From Octopus vulgaris (taxonomy: Eukaryota), in contig OX597817.1 of NCBI GenBank assembly GCA_951406725.2, positions 56,978,001 through 57,042,000 of the forward strand: a stretch of 64,000 bases of DNA, in the 5' to 3' direction. Below the pieces are notes generated by a model. It searched no databases and was not told where the DNA came from. It worked only from the letters and a program-made list of their open reading frames with translations. Both the position numbers and the translations under genes were made by a program. This document shows positions 13,385-26,213 of the stretch, one piece after another (within the stretch, counting starts at the first letter, position 1; every line of letters starts with the position of its first letter).

Positions 13385-13999
13385 TTCTTTTTTGCTCTAG
13401 GCACAAGGCCCGAAATTTGGGGGGAGGAGCCAGTCGATTAGATCGACCCTAGTACGCTTCTGGTACTTAATTTATAGATCCCGAAAGGATGAAAAGCAAA
13501 GTTGACCTCGGAGGAATTTGAACTCAGAACATAAAGATAGACGAAATACAGATAAGCATTTTGCCCGGCGTGCTAACGTTTCTTATTTCTTAATTGCCCA
13601 CAAGATGCTAAACATAGAGGGGACAAACAAGGGCAGACGAACGGATTAAGTCGATTACATCGACCCCAGTGCGTAACTGGTACTTAATTTATCGATCCCA
13701 AAAGGATGAAAGGCAAAGTCGACCTCGGCGGAAATTGAACTCAGAACGTAACGGCAGACGAAATCCCTATTCCTTTACTAACCAGAAGGGGCTAAACATA
13801 GAGGAGACAAACAAGGACAGACAAACGGATTATGTCGATTACATCGACCCCAGTGCGTAACTGGTACTTAATTTATCGATCCCGAAAGGATGAAAGGCAA
13901 AGTCGACCCCGGCAGAATTTGAACACAGAACGCAGCGGAGGACGAAATACCGCTAAGCATTTCGCCCGGCGCGCTAACGTCTCTGCCAGCTCTCCGCCT
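13385..13999 (-). mobile_element. SINE family B head-to-tail trimer
   Basis: Three consecutive copies of GGATGAAAGGCAAAGTCGACC..GAATTTGAAC; junctions near 13583 and 13766. Confidence 0.9.
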
Positions 14000-14192
14000 T
14001 GTGCTACAAGATTATATTTCGCCACCAACACCGCACCATGACAAACGGCATCAATAAAACGAGTCGATGCAATTAGTAAATATGCACGATTTGTACGAGA
14101 GATGTAAGACATTCGAACACATGTCAGACACACCTCAGTTTGTCGTCATTAAACAGTTTTACAGCAAAAACAACAGCAGCAGCAGCAGTAGC

Positions 14193-14239
<47 letters not shown>

Positions 14240-14451
14240 CAGTAGCAGCAGCAGCAGCAGCATTATGTTGTTGACTTCCTAATGACTTGTAAGCAAACTT
14301 TTAGAAACCCGTTTAACTTTGTCCTGTGAAATATATATTGAAGACGGGTGGGTGGCGGGGGTATTACGGACATGTATACATACACACGCACTCACACACA
14401 AACACATGCACACGGACGTGGATGCACACACAAGCACACGTACACACATAC

Positions 14452-14516
<65 letters not shown>

Positions 14517-14624
14517 CATTATCCGATGTGGCTTTCCTTTATTAAAGACAAGGTGTGAATTGTGGGTAATCGGTTGCTATTTCTAACAAATGACGTGACT
14601 GCAAACTCTTCTCTGAATTGTATG

Positions 14625-14655
<31 letters not shown>

Positions 14656-14689
14656 ATGTGTGTGTGTGTGTGTGTGTGTGTATGTTTGT

Positions 14690-15430
14690 ATTATGTGTGT
14701 GTATAGATATATATTTATACTTATGTATGTATGCATATATACGTTTACGCGTGTGTGTGTGTGTGTGCGTGTGTGTGCGTGCGTGCGTGCGTGTGTGTGT
14801 GTGTGTGTCCGTCCGTATGTATGCCTGTATGTTTGAATGTATGTGTGTGTGTATAGATATATATTTATACTTATGTATGTATGCATATATACGTATACGC
14901 GCGTGTGTGTGTGTGTGCGTATGTGTGTGTGTATGGTGTGTGTGTCTGTATGTATGCCTGTATGTTTGTATGTTGTGTGTGTGTAGATATATATTTATAC
15001 TTATGTATGTATGCATATATACGTACGTGCGTGTGTGTGTGTGTGTGTGGTGTGTGTGTGGTGTGTGTGTCTGTATGTATGCCTGTATGTTTGTATGTGC
15101 GTGTGTATAGATATATATTTATACTTATGTATGTATGCATATATACGTATACGTGCGTGTGTGTGTGTGTGTGTGAGTGGTGTGTGTGGTGTGTGTGTCC
15201 GTATGTATGCCTGTATGTTTGAATGTATGTGTGTGTGTATAGATATATATTTATACTTATGTATGTATGCATATATACGTATACGCGTGTGTGTGTGTGT
15301 GTGCGTGTGTGTGTTTGTGGTGTGTGTGTCTGTTTGTATGCCTGTATGTTTGTATGTGTGTGTGTGTAGATATATATTTATACTTATGTATGCATATATA
15401 CGTATACGTGTGTGTGTGTATCTATATGTA
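14690..15430. repeat. Minisatellite, about 6 copies of a ~120-150 bp unit built from (GT)n and (TATG)n
   Basis: TAGATATATATTTATACTTATGTATG recurs at about 14705, 14855, 14984, 15108, 15240 and 15367. Confidence 0.9.
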
Positions 15431-15441
15431 TGTATGTATGC

Positions 15442-15492
<51 letters not shown>

Positions 15493-15637
15493 AGTGTATA
15501 GAAGTACTTTTGCTCTTTCAAACTTGTTTTCCCGTGACTATATAATTAAACCCACACCATGTGTTCACACAGGTATGTATAAATATATCGGCCAATTCTC
15601 TCTCAAAACACTCCCACAATCTTAAGGGAAAATGGAA

Positions 15638-16036
15638 GGTCACAGCTGGCAGAAACGTTAGCACGCCGGGCGAAATGCTTAGCGGTATTTCGTCTGCGTT
15701 ACGTTGTGAGTTCCAATTCCGCCGAGGTCGACTTTGCCTTTCATCCTTTCGGGGTCGATAAATTAAGTACCAGTTACGCACTGGGGTCTATGTAATCGAC
15801 TTAATACCTATGTCTGTCCTTGTTTGTCCCCTCTGTGTTTAGCCCTTGTGGGTAATAAAGAAATAGGTATTTCGTCTGCGTTACGTTGTGAGTTCAAATT
15901 CCGCCGAGGTCGACTTTGCCTTTCATCCTTTCGGAGTCGATAAATTAAGTACCAGTTACGCACTGGGGTCGATGTAATCGACTTAATACCTATGTCTATC
16001 CTTGTTTGTCGCCTCTGTGGGTAATAAAGAAATAGG
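15638..16036 (+). mobile_element. SINE family B head-to-tail dimer
   Basis: Second unit begins at AAAGAAATAGG|TATTTCGTCTG (~15868). Confidence 0.9.
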
Positions 16037-16402
16037 AATTATATTGTCGGAATATAAACGGGATAGTCACGGCAGGAAAGCCATTAGTTGTAGACGTGGT
16101 GGATCCGGACTGACCAAGGGTTAAATAACGACGAAGTTATACGAGACACCGCTGTAAACAGTGGCAGCAGTGTGGAATTAACAAGAATGCTATGGACAAG
16201 TATTGTCAGAGTGCCATAGTTCTCACGAAGAAAGGCTAGCTGCGGTGGACTAGCAGCCTATCCAGTAGGAGATTTATCTCACACAGGATTATATAAAGGT
16301 TGGAATGGAATGAAGGTCTCTTAGTCGACATATCATTTTTAACGTGAGAAATATGGAGAAATTGTGGGAACTGGAGCCAGAATTTCTAAAATAATAGGTA
16401 CC

Positions 16403-16636
16403 TATTTCTTTAGTACCCACAAGGGGCTAAACATAGAGGGGACAAACAAGGACAGATAAACGGATTAAGTCGATTACATCGACCCCAGTGCGTAACTGGT
16501 ACTTAATTTATCGACCGCGAAAGGATGAAAGGCAAAGTCGACCTCGGCGGAATTTGAACTCAGAACGTAACGGCAGACGAAATACGGCTACGATTTCGCC
16601 CAGCGTGCTAATGTTTCTGCCAGCTCGCCGCCTTAC
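16403..16636 (-). mobile_element. SINE family B, full length with 17-bp TSD
   Basis: CTAAAATAATAGGTACC at 16386-16402 and 16637-16653. Confidence 0.92.
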
Positions 16637-16720
16637 CTAAAATAATAGGTACCGTCTTGGAATTGGTAGAAAGAAATACAGCACACAAATATGACTAGGA
16701 TTATGTATTAAGTCGTCATT

Positions 16721-17075
16721 GTGGCACTCCGTCGGTTACGACGACGAGGGTTCCAGTTAGTCCAATCAACGGAAGAGACTGCTCGTGAAATTATCGTGCA
16801 AGTGGCTGAGCACTCCACAGACACGTATACTCTTAACGTAGTTCTCGGGGAGATTCAGCATGACACACAGAATGTGATAAGGCTGGACCCTTTGAAATGC
16901 AGGTACAACAGAAACAGGAAGATAGAGTGAGAGAAAGTTGTGGTGAAAGAGTACAGCAGCCCCCTACCGGAGCCTCGTGGAATTTTAGGTGTTTTCACTC
17001 AATAAACACTCACAACGACCAGTCTGGGAATCGAAACCGTGCGTCCGCTGCCCTAACCACTGAGCCATTGCGCCT
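16721..17075 (-). mobile_element. SINE family C (tRNA-derived head; tail ..CGTAACCGACGGAGTGCCAC)
   Basis: Minus strand GGCGCAATGGCTCAGTGGTTAGGGCAGCGGAC..TTCGATTCCC; tail shared with 17087, 20131, 35805 and 48745. Confidence 0.85.
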
Positions 17076-17086
17076 CCACTTTCTAG

Positions 17087-17391
17087 GAGCACTCCGTCGG
17101 TTAGGATGAAGAGGGTCCCAGCTGATACGATCAACAGACCAGCTTACTCGTGAAATTAACGTGCAAGTGGCTGAGTACTCCACAGACACGTGTACCCTTA
17201 ACGTAGTTCTCAGGGAGATTCAGCGTGACACAGAGTGTGACAAGCCGACCCTTTGAAATACAGGTGCTACTCATTTTTGCCAGCTTAGTGGACTGGAGCA
17301 ACGTGAAATAACGACACAACGCTTTGCCGGGAATTGAACTCACGATTTTACGATCGTGAGCCGAATGCCCGAACCACTAAGCCACGCGCCT
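17087..17391 (-). mobile_element. SINE family C variant, tandem with the preceding copy
   Basis: Same tail; head GGCGCGTGGCTTAGTGGTTCGG..GAGTTCAATTCCC. Confidence 0.85.
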
Positions 17392-17844
17392 TCACACATA
17401 TTAAGTAGAATGCATTACAAGGTACTGCACACATATATTGCATAAGGGTACCCTGGCACTTAGACATAAGCACAACAAATAGAAAATAGCACTGGCCTGG
17501 TGGTTAGGGTGTTAAGCTTACGATCACAAAGTCGTGGGTTCGATTCCTAGGCCAGTCTACGTGTTGTGTCCTTGAGCAAGGTACTTCATTTTACGTTGCT
17601 GCAATTACATAGCTCAGTTACAGGAACATAAAGAAAACAACACCGGTTACCAAGCCTTCAGGTGGAAACAAATGCAATCACAAATACACACGCAGACACG
17701 TATACATACATACATACACACACACACACATATATATACATACATACATACACACACACACACATATATATACATACATATATACACATATATATGTGTG
17801 CGTGTGTGTGCGCGTATGTGTACGTATGTATATATGTATATGTG

Positions 17845-17902
<58 letters not shown>

Positions 17903-18906
17903 CACACACACATTCACAATACACACATACACACACACGACGGATTACCACACACACATATCGTCAACCAAATTCAATCACAACGAATAGATCGGTCGAG
18001 GTGTTAGTAAAAGGCACTTGCCCAAGTTGCCGCGCAGCGGGATCGAAATCGAAACGACATACTTGCAATACGAATGTTCTTAAACACACGGCCATTCCTG
18101 CACCAACGCGATCTTCCTAACACAAAATAGATAAACACAGTTCCCACCATGAAACTGATGTTGATTGATCGATGTCAGCAAAAGTTACGAGGCCAACTTC
18201 GTGACAGGTTACCCTTCGTATGTCATAAGACACAGACGTTTCGGGGAGCGGCTCTTCCTCTGACAAAAGGGAAATGTTGTATAAAAATTTTTTCACGAAG
18301 CTTTTGTTAACCTTGAACAGTGATGCATCGTATATATATTTTATTTCTTTGAGATACACCTTAATTCTTTTTTGATTGAAGAAAGGAAATTCTAGGTGTA
18401 TTTTTTACATCATGAATAATTAAACACAATAATAATAGCTTGAAGTTTTTTATGGTGGTACTATTAAAAAGACTGGGTTAGTTAGTTCAAACGTAAATTT
18501 GTCTTGCCACCGCCATATTAAAGACTTGTTTATTTATTTATTTATTTATTTATTTATTTTCACTTTGTAAGTCTACAATATTAACCGCATTTGATAATGA
18601 AGTGCAGGGTTATAGTGTTGTTGTTGTTGTTGTTGTTGTTTTGAGAACAAGAGTGGACTTACAGGAGTTCTTTGTGTGTGTGTGTGTGACATTGCACGGT
18701 TTCCCACACCATCACTGCCACCACCACCACCACCACCACCAATAGCACCAACAGCCACACCTTGACAGCAACCACCACCGCCACCTACATCAACAACAAC
18801 ACCAACTGCACTTCCGCACCTATTGCCACCACCACCACCACCACTACCACCAATAACAACTACACTTTCACATCACCACTACGAATATTAATGCCACCGA
18901 TAAAAA

Positions 18907-19320
18907 GGCGGCAAGCGGGTAGAATCGTTGGCACGACGGGCGAAATACTTTGCAGTATTTCGTCCGCCGCTGCGTTCTGAGTTCAAATTTCGCCGAGGTC
19001 GACTTTGCCTTTCATCCTTTCGGGGTCGATTAAATAAGTACCAGTTACGCACTGGGATCGATATAATCGACTTAATCCGTTTGTCTGTCCTTGTTTGTCC
19101 TCTCTGTGTTTAACCCCTTGTGGGTAGTAAAGAAATAGGTATTTCGTCTGTCGTTACGTTCTGAGTTCAAATTCTGCCGAGATCGACTTTGCCTTTCATC
19201 CTTTCGGGGTCGATTAAATAAGTACCAGTTACGCACTGGGGTCGATATAATCGGCTTAATCCGTTTGTCTGTCCTTGTTTGTCCCCTCTGTGTCTAGCCC
19301 CTTGTGAGTAGTAAAGAATA
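18907..19320 (+). mobile_element. SINE family B dimer flanked by a single TSD
   Basis: Junction AGAAATAGG|TATTTCG at ~19140; TAATGCCACCG at 18889-18899 and 19321-19331. Confidence 0.9.
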
Positions 19321-20130
19321 TAATGCCACCGCCAACACCATGCCTTCGACAGCAAGCACCACCACCACCATCATCACTGCAACAACAAAAACAATAACAA
19401 CCATCGCTACATACTTCTCACTGACGTCATTATCACCATGAACTTCGAGCTAACGAGGGAACCTCTTCATGGTCTCTCAAAGAGCTAGAAATAGCAGCTA
19501 CATCTCCGTCAAATTGTACCCACTCTACTATCTTACTGAGGGATATATTTGACAACGTAGTTCTTGACAAACCAAAAATATTCAAGAGAGTCACGGCCGG
19601 CACGCCTTTGGTGTTCTTGCTGGACCTGGTATGCGTAACCTAGAGCTAAACTACAGCCTTCACAGCTGTTATTCTCCCACCACCACACTCCAAGTAACAC
19701 CAACAGTTGCAGGGTTTCATAACTCCTACCGCCACCCTCTCCCACCTCATACCAACACAGCCTTCATAACTGTCACTGCCGCCGCCACCATGCCAACAGC
19801 TACAACCGCCACCAACGCCGCCGTCACCACCATATCAACAGATACAATCTTCACAGCTCTCACCGCTATCACCACCACCACCACCACCATAGTAACTGGC
19901 GCAGTCGTCACATCTCTCACCGTCACTACAACCACCACCACCACCACGTGAGAAAGTAACGACATTTTAAAAGCCATAAAACTTAAGTTGGCTGAAAGCT
20001 TCTCTTTGAGTCGTTCCGTTATGTAATTAAGCTGACGAGGTAGAATCACAGCTGTAACCAATCTGAACAGCGAAACACCGGGTTAAGAAGGCCACAGAGC
20101 AACTCATAAAAACCCCACAACGCCATATAA

Positions 20131-20440
20131 ATGGCCCTCCGTCGGCTGCGACGATGAGTGTTCCGAGTGATTCGATCAACAGAACAGACTGCTCGTGAAA
20201 TTAATGTGTGAGTGGCTGAATACTCCACAAACATGCGTAGCCTTAATGTAGTTCTCAGGGAGAGTCAGTGTGACACAGAATGTGACAAGGGTGGTGTCTT
20301 TGAAATACAGGCACAACTCATTGTTGCCAGCAGATTGGACTGGAACAAGGAGAAATAAAGTGTCTTGCTTAAGGACGTAACGTATCGTCGGGAATCGAAC
20401 TCAGGACCTTACGGCTGTGAGCCGAATGCCCTAACCATTT
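20131..20440 (-). mobile_element. SINE family C variant
   Basis: Homologous to 17087-17391. Confidence 0.8.
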
Positions 20441-20574
20441 CGTCAGGTTAGGGCCGAATGCCCTAACCATTTCGCCAGGTTAGGGCCGAATGCCCTAACT
20501 ATTTCGCCAAGTTAGGGCCGAATACCCTAACCATTTCGCCAGGTTAGGGCCGAATGCCCTAACCATTTCGCCAG
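20421..20574. repeat. 32-bp tandem repeat, ~4.8 copies, each with a CCCTAACC/GGTTAGGG hairpin
   Basis: Unit GCCGAATGCCCTAACCATTTCGCCAGGTTAGG starts at 20421, 20453, 20485, 20517 and 20549. Confidence 0.95.
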
Positions 20575-21154
20575 CTCAACCCACCCCGGGTAAATGCTGT
20601 CTCAAGACAAGACAAGACATGACTGGTACCTTCACAAAATCATGAGACAATGAGGGAGGCTCTACGTCTCTGTGATTGCACGACTTGCTAGAAACAGTAG
20701 CTTAATGCCACTCATAACACACTTATGCGTCTTCAAAAAGGACACGTTCGATAAAATGGCTCTTGTTTTTCTGCACAGGGAAAAAAAAAGGAAGGCAGGA
20801 ATGCCATTGTAGGAACGCCTTTGATCATCAGGCTGCTGGTCAAGGGCTTGAGCAACTACATCGTCATATACAGGAAATGGGCGTTTGGTGAGAAAGAACA
20901 GACAAGGGCAGAGTTTCTCAGAGAAGTGGAGGGTGTGAAGGATGTTGTGAGGAGGGTGTTGTGAGGAGGGTGTTGTGAGTTTCTCATAGAAGTGGAGGGT
21001 GTGGAGGGAGGTTGCTGTGAGGAATTGAAAAGTGGAGTGGAGATAGAATTGTGATGATTAATAAAATCTAAGTTGGTTTCAAATGCTTTAAACTTGTCCA
21101 ACTTCATGGCAGAGAAGAACTGTAATTGAGGCAAATTGAAGTTTTGGAGTGGAC

Positions 21155-21385
21155 GGTGCGTGGCCTTGCCGAGTGGTTAGGGGTATTGCGCTCTCGATCA
21201 CACGATCGTGGTTTCGATTCGTGGACCGAGTGGTGGGTTGCGTTCTTGAGTAAGATCCTTCATTTCACGTTGGCTCAGTCCACTCAGCCGTAAATAGGTA
21301 ACACCCCTGCGACGGAATAGCCTCCCTGAACTTATAGGCCATGGAAACCAGGTAACCGGGGCTGGGAGTCCTAGGGCTCACGGCA
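21155..21385 (+). mobile_element. SINE family C-related, short tail
   Basis: Similar to 13010-13258. Confidence 0.7.
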
Positions 21386-21532
21386 GTAGGGTCCGGAGAT
21401 TGAGAGGGAGGAAACTCTATTTTATGTACTCTTTAATAAAGAGTAGGGACTAGTATTTGTCAGTTTGATAGAGGCCTCTAATCTAGCACTTCGCTAGGGA
21501 CTTCCACCGAACTCCAGATTACCTTCTACCAT

Positions 21533-21698
21533 TAGGGCCGGCCCTAAAGTCGCTGGTGCCCCAGGCAAGCTGAACTTCGGTGCGTACAAGCTGACGGTCG
21601 TGGGAGTTTCCTTGTCGTTGTCACGCTCTCCTTGGCGCCCCCTAGCACACGGCACCCCGGGAAACTGCCAGAGTTGCCGGTACCTCGAGCCGGCCCTG
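21533..21698. mobile_element. hAT-type MITE (166 bp)
   Basis: Termini TAGGGCCGGCCC / GAGCCGGCCCTG; decayed 8-bp TSD TCTACCAT / TCTGTCAT. Confidence 0.75.
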
Positions 21699-22241
21699 TC
21701 TGTCATTCACCCACAATAGTGTATGAATAAAACTCTTAAGGTCAATCATTTCTCCGCCTTCCAGCTAATCTAATTCTTGGCCAAATTAAATGCAGTAAAG
21801 TTCGTTGAAGACGACCAATACTCCGATATATTTCCAAATATTATAATAGAAAATTAGTTGGATAAAAAGAAAACCATGATAAAATACACGTTTAAAGATA
21901 GGAGAGCCACGCATAGAAACATCTGTTATTTTGAAGGTAACAGAGGTTTCTGTTAGTGCAGTTAAGCTTTTTTAAAAGATCTAAATGAAAGAAATTAAAA
22001 TTGAAAACTGCGTCAGATTTGCTACTTAGGAAACAAAAATGTGAGAATAACTCACAGATGCCACTTCTAAGCAGTAGAGTTCCTTGATTTCTTTGTGGTT
22101 TTTGTTTTAATTACACTTAAGAGATCTCAATGAGTGGCATCTACTTATGTGAACCTCGTCAAAATTAGCGTAGTAGAAACAAAATTTTATGTGGTAAAAT
22201 GGTGACATTTGAATAAGAGTAAGGCCTAAATTCGTCTTTAA

Positions 22242-22435
22242 ATCATTCATGCCAATCGTCCGTTTAATCTGACCAATAATTTATAAGGGTATAAAACAAA
22301 TACTTGATGCAAATTATGATTTGTATATGATCTGTATCAAAGAATGAAACATGCAGTTGTTATTTAGGTTAAAATAATTGTATTTGTGAATTTTCAGGCA
22401 ATTTCATTCACAAGAAAAGTTTCGGCACGAATGAG
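22242..22435. mobile_element. piggyBac-like MITE
   Basis: TTAA on both sides; TIR ATCATTCATGCC / GGCACGAATGAG (10 of 12 match). Confidence 0.5.
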
Positions 22436-22484
22436 TTAAACTATCAAAGCTTTGATATTTTAGAAGAAAAAATTAAAACAGTTT

Positions 22485-22680
22485 CGGTTAGCACGCCGTG
22501 CAAAATACTTAGCGACATTTCGTCCATCGTTACGTCCTGAGTTCAAATTCCACCGAGGTCCATTTTGTTTTTCATTCTTCTGAGGTCGGTAAAATAAGTA
22601 CCAGTTATGCACTGGTGCCGATGTAATCGTCTTAACCCTCCCCGAAATTACTGGCCTTGTACCAACATTTGGAAGCAGTA
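22485..22680 (+). mobile_element. SINE family B, diverged
   Basis: GTTAGCACGCC..GAGTTCAAATTCC..AAATAAGTACCAGTT. Confidence 0.75.
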
Positions 22681-22786
22681 AAGGTTCGCTTTCTTCAAAG
22701 GTTTAAATGAGAGACATGAAATACTGAAATTCTGGAAATCGTGGGTATTACGTTCCAGAACCTCCCACAGAAATAATTAAAGTCTT

Positions 22787-22940
22787 GTCCCCGTAACTTA
22801 GCGGTTCCGTAAAAAAACCATCGATAGAATAAGTACTAGGTTTACAAAGAATAACTCCTGGAGCTGATTTGTTTGATTAAAGGCGGTGCTCCAGCATAGC
22901 CGCAGCCAAATGACTGAAACAAGTAAAAGAGTAAAAGAGT
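22787..22940 (+). mobile_element. SINE family A, 3' half
   Basis: GTCCCCGTAACTTAGCGGTTC..(GTAAAAGA)2. Confidence 0.85.
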
Positions 22941-24061
22941 ATACCTATCGGCCGCAGAAACCTATATATACTGAGGAGTCCGCGATATAAATTGACATGT
23001 ATTAGCCAAAAAAATCCGCGATGTAATGAGTGCGCGATAGGTGAACCGTGATGTACTAGGTGACCCACGATATGGCGAGGCATGATTACAGTAATAGAAA
23101 AACTTTTGAAGCAAAAAATTTATCAAACTTGAGAGCAATCAATAGTAAATCTTGTATCATTTAAGGCTTTATAAATAAACTTTAAAATACTTTTAAAATG
23201 CAGAGAAATGGGGAAGTGTTGAACTGAGCCCAAATTTTGTCCCGTTTCGGTCTAGTTTCCATTTTCGGTTTAATTCAACCAAGATGTGTTTTTAGTGAGG
23301 ATTTTTTTTTTGTCTTTTTTGGAGGGAAGCATTGTACAAGCTAAACATTTCTGCCCCCTATCTATTTGTCCGTCTGTTCGTCTACCTCCCTAGCAGTCTG
23401 TCTGTCTGTCAAAGTCTCTCTATGCTTGTCTGACATCCACCAATACCATCACACCTGCCCGTTCCACCACCCCCAGACAACCACCGAATAATAATCCATG
23501 TGATTTCATTCATTACTGGACTTCCACTCGTAATGTCATGTCCGACTGTAACTGTTGTGGTTGATAGTCATGGTGATGATAGCGGTGGGAGCGCTGCTAA
23601 TAGTTTCGCATGTAGGAATCTATTCCTCCGTGTGTGAATACATACATACATACACACAAACACACACGTGTGTGTGTATATATGTAGGTATAGTTTACTC
23701 TCTCCTGTTAAGGTAAGATCAACAAAAAAGTGCTCCATAGATTTTACTATTAGTAGCTCTTCAAACTATATATGTAAGTAATATATATATATGTGTATAT
23801 ATATGTGTGTGTAGAGAGAGAGAGAGGGGGGAAGAGACAGACAGAGAGAGTAATGTTTGTGTATATGTGTGTGTAGATGTTTCAAGATGTGCCTCTAGTG
23901 TCAGAGCTATCCAGTACGTGTCTAACGACCGGGAGAATCGTCTTCCGAGATAGCAACACAACAGATGATTATAGGTGTTATGTAAGGTATCTATGATCAG
24001 TCAATCTTCCACCTCTCCACATTGTCTCTCTCTCTCTCTCGCACCCTCTCTCCTTACCTCG

Positions 24062-24132
<71 letters not shown>

Positions 24133-24384
24133 TCCTATCTATTTGACACACACACACACACATACTCTTTCCTAACCTCTACATTCCAATGGTCTCATTA
24201 ACCTGGCCTTTCACCTTCCTGTACACGTCTGTCCTAACACATCTACGTCCATCACCACCACCACCACCACCATCAGCAACGACAACACAAACAGAACAAC
24301 TAACACAACTATCACCACCACCACCGCCACCGCCGCCGGCCTTCCAGACTTAAATTAATGTCGGATGAATTAGATAACGTATAT

Positions 24385-24725
24385 TTCTTTCTCCTATCAG
24401 CGCGAGGTCTGAAATTTTGGCGGAGCGGGCAGGTGAGTACATCGACCCCGAGTGGCACTTTATTTTATCGACCCCGAAATGATTAAAAAGAAAAGTTGAC
24501 CTCAGCTGGATCTGAACTCAGAGCCTGAAGATGGACAAGATGCCGCCAAGCATCTTGCGCGTCTTCATGTACGACGTCATATTGTTTTCAAATTTTTGCC
24601 CAAGGCTAGCAAGTTAGGGGTTAGGGTGCTACTTATTTTATTGACCCTGGAAGAATGAAAGGCAAAGTCGACCCCCAGCGGAATTTGAACTCAGAACGTA
24701 AAGACGGACGAAATGCCGCGAAGCA
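24385..24725 (-). mobile_element. Two diverged SINE family B fragments
   Basis: ATCGACCCCGAAA..AAAGTTGACCTC and GAATGAAAGGCAAAGTCGACCCC. Confidence 0.7.
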
Positions 24726-25604
24726 TGGTGAAGGCGGGGGTATTGACATGATGATGACATGGTATAAAGATGATTTAAAGATACAGAATTGGGGGCGAGG
24801 AGGAGGAGGAGCAGGAGCAGGAGCAGGAGCAGGAAAGGAGGGGCGGAGGAGGAGGAGGCCAAGATCTTAGTGAGGTGGGAATGGTTGAGAGGTAAGGATG
24901 ATGATGATGAAGACGACGACGATGATGATGATGGGGGGGGTGATGACACGCTAGCTGCGATGACTTTCATAAGGGCTACGATTCATTTAAGAAAACAGAT
25001 GCAATAGTAGCAGTAGTAGTAGTAGTAGTTCTGGTGGTGGTGATGGTGACGGTGGTGGTATAAGTAGTACTACCAGCAGCAACAGTAGTAGTAGTAGAAG
25101 TAGTAGCAGCAGCAACAGCAGCAGCTACTATAACATAGGGTGGAGCAGTGAGAAGACACAGTCAGTGACACTGTCTTCTAAACCCCAAGACATCAATAGA
25201 ATGACCCCCCTGCCCCGTCTCCGACACGTTCTACCCCCAAAATTCAAAGACCAGAGTCACAATATTGAAACTTAAGTCCTTCATACAAAGTCAAACCATT
25301 CCTGGACACAGGGATATCGCCCCAACCCCAACCCCACTCCATCCCTGCGTCCCACCTCACACAGATTCGCCAAAGTCCTATCATTCTTGAACACATTGCT
25401 CTCGCCCCTACGGCCATTCTTGGACACACAGCTTCACGCGTGCGATCACTGCTGGACACAATACGGCCGTTCCTCGCCCAGTGACCACTCTGTCCTTGAC
25501 CTACATAAAACAGTGTGTCCTTATTCACAATGTATATTCATACCCATGTCTTGAGCTATCGCAAAGCCACGTATTATATGTGGACGAAAGGACGAAAATA
25601 AGAA

Positions 25605-25638
<34 letters not shown>

Positions 25639-25852
25639 CGCGCATATAAATGTATATATATATATATAGATATACACACACCCACATACATACAACTAGG
25701 TTACGCTGTCAGTACACACACGACAGGAATTTCAGGTGCAAACACTCCTGCACAGAATTTTGATACTCAATATTCAATTAATATTGTTTGGGTTTGCGGA
25801 TTAGACCGACCTAAAAAAGGTACCTCGATTGAAGTACCTAATTCAACTGAAT

Positions 25853-25918
<66 letters not shown>

Positions 25919-26084
25919 GGAGTAAACTTATAGACATTATATTATGTCTATTTATTTTCTTCTTTTAAAAAAGGAGAATTATAGCAATATACATACATGT
26001 GTAATATATTATGCTTTACATATATAATATATAAAAATACCAGTAATTATTAAAATATATAATGCAGAACATAGAAAGTAGGAT

Positions 26085-26213
26085 AACATCCTACAACTGT
26101 TTCAGCCAAGAGACCATAATACCACATTCTACTTTTATCCCTTCAGTGAACTGAAGTATTTGGTAGATAAGATTAAGGTACTTGGGTGTGTCTCTGGGCT
26201 TCGTCAGAGAGTT

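Noticed and set aside
18231-18268. Further hammerhead-like motif (CAGAGGA..GAAACGTC, minus strand)
   Set aside because: Core altered and stems I and II poorly supported.
20421-20574. CRISPR array or interstitial telomere
   Set aside because: No unique spacers, no cas genes, eukaryotic context; TTAGGG is not tandem.
11740-20850. Recurrent GCTAGAAATAGCAGC motif (11754, 19483, 20687; inverse at 2401 and 48401) as a regulatory element
   Set aside because: Flanks are also similar, so it is better explained as an old dispersed repeat; boundaries too unclear to annotate.
22960-23092. Possible Tigger/pogo-like right end
   Set aside because: Only one degenerate terminus; no partner TIR seen.
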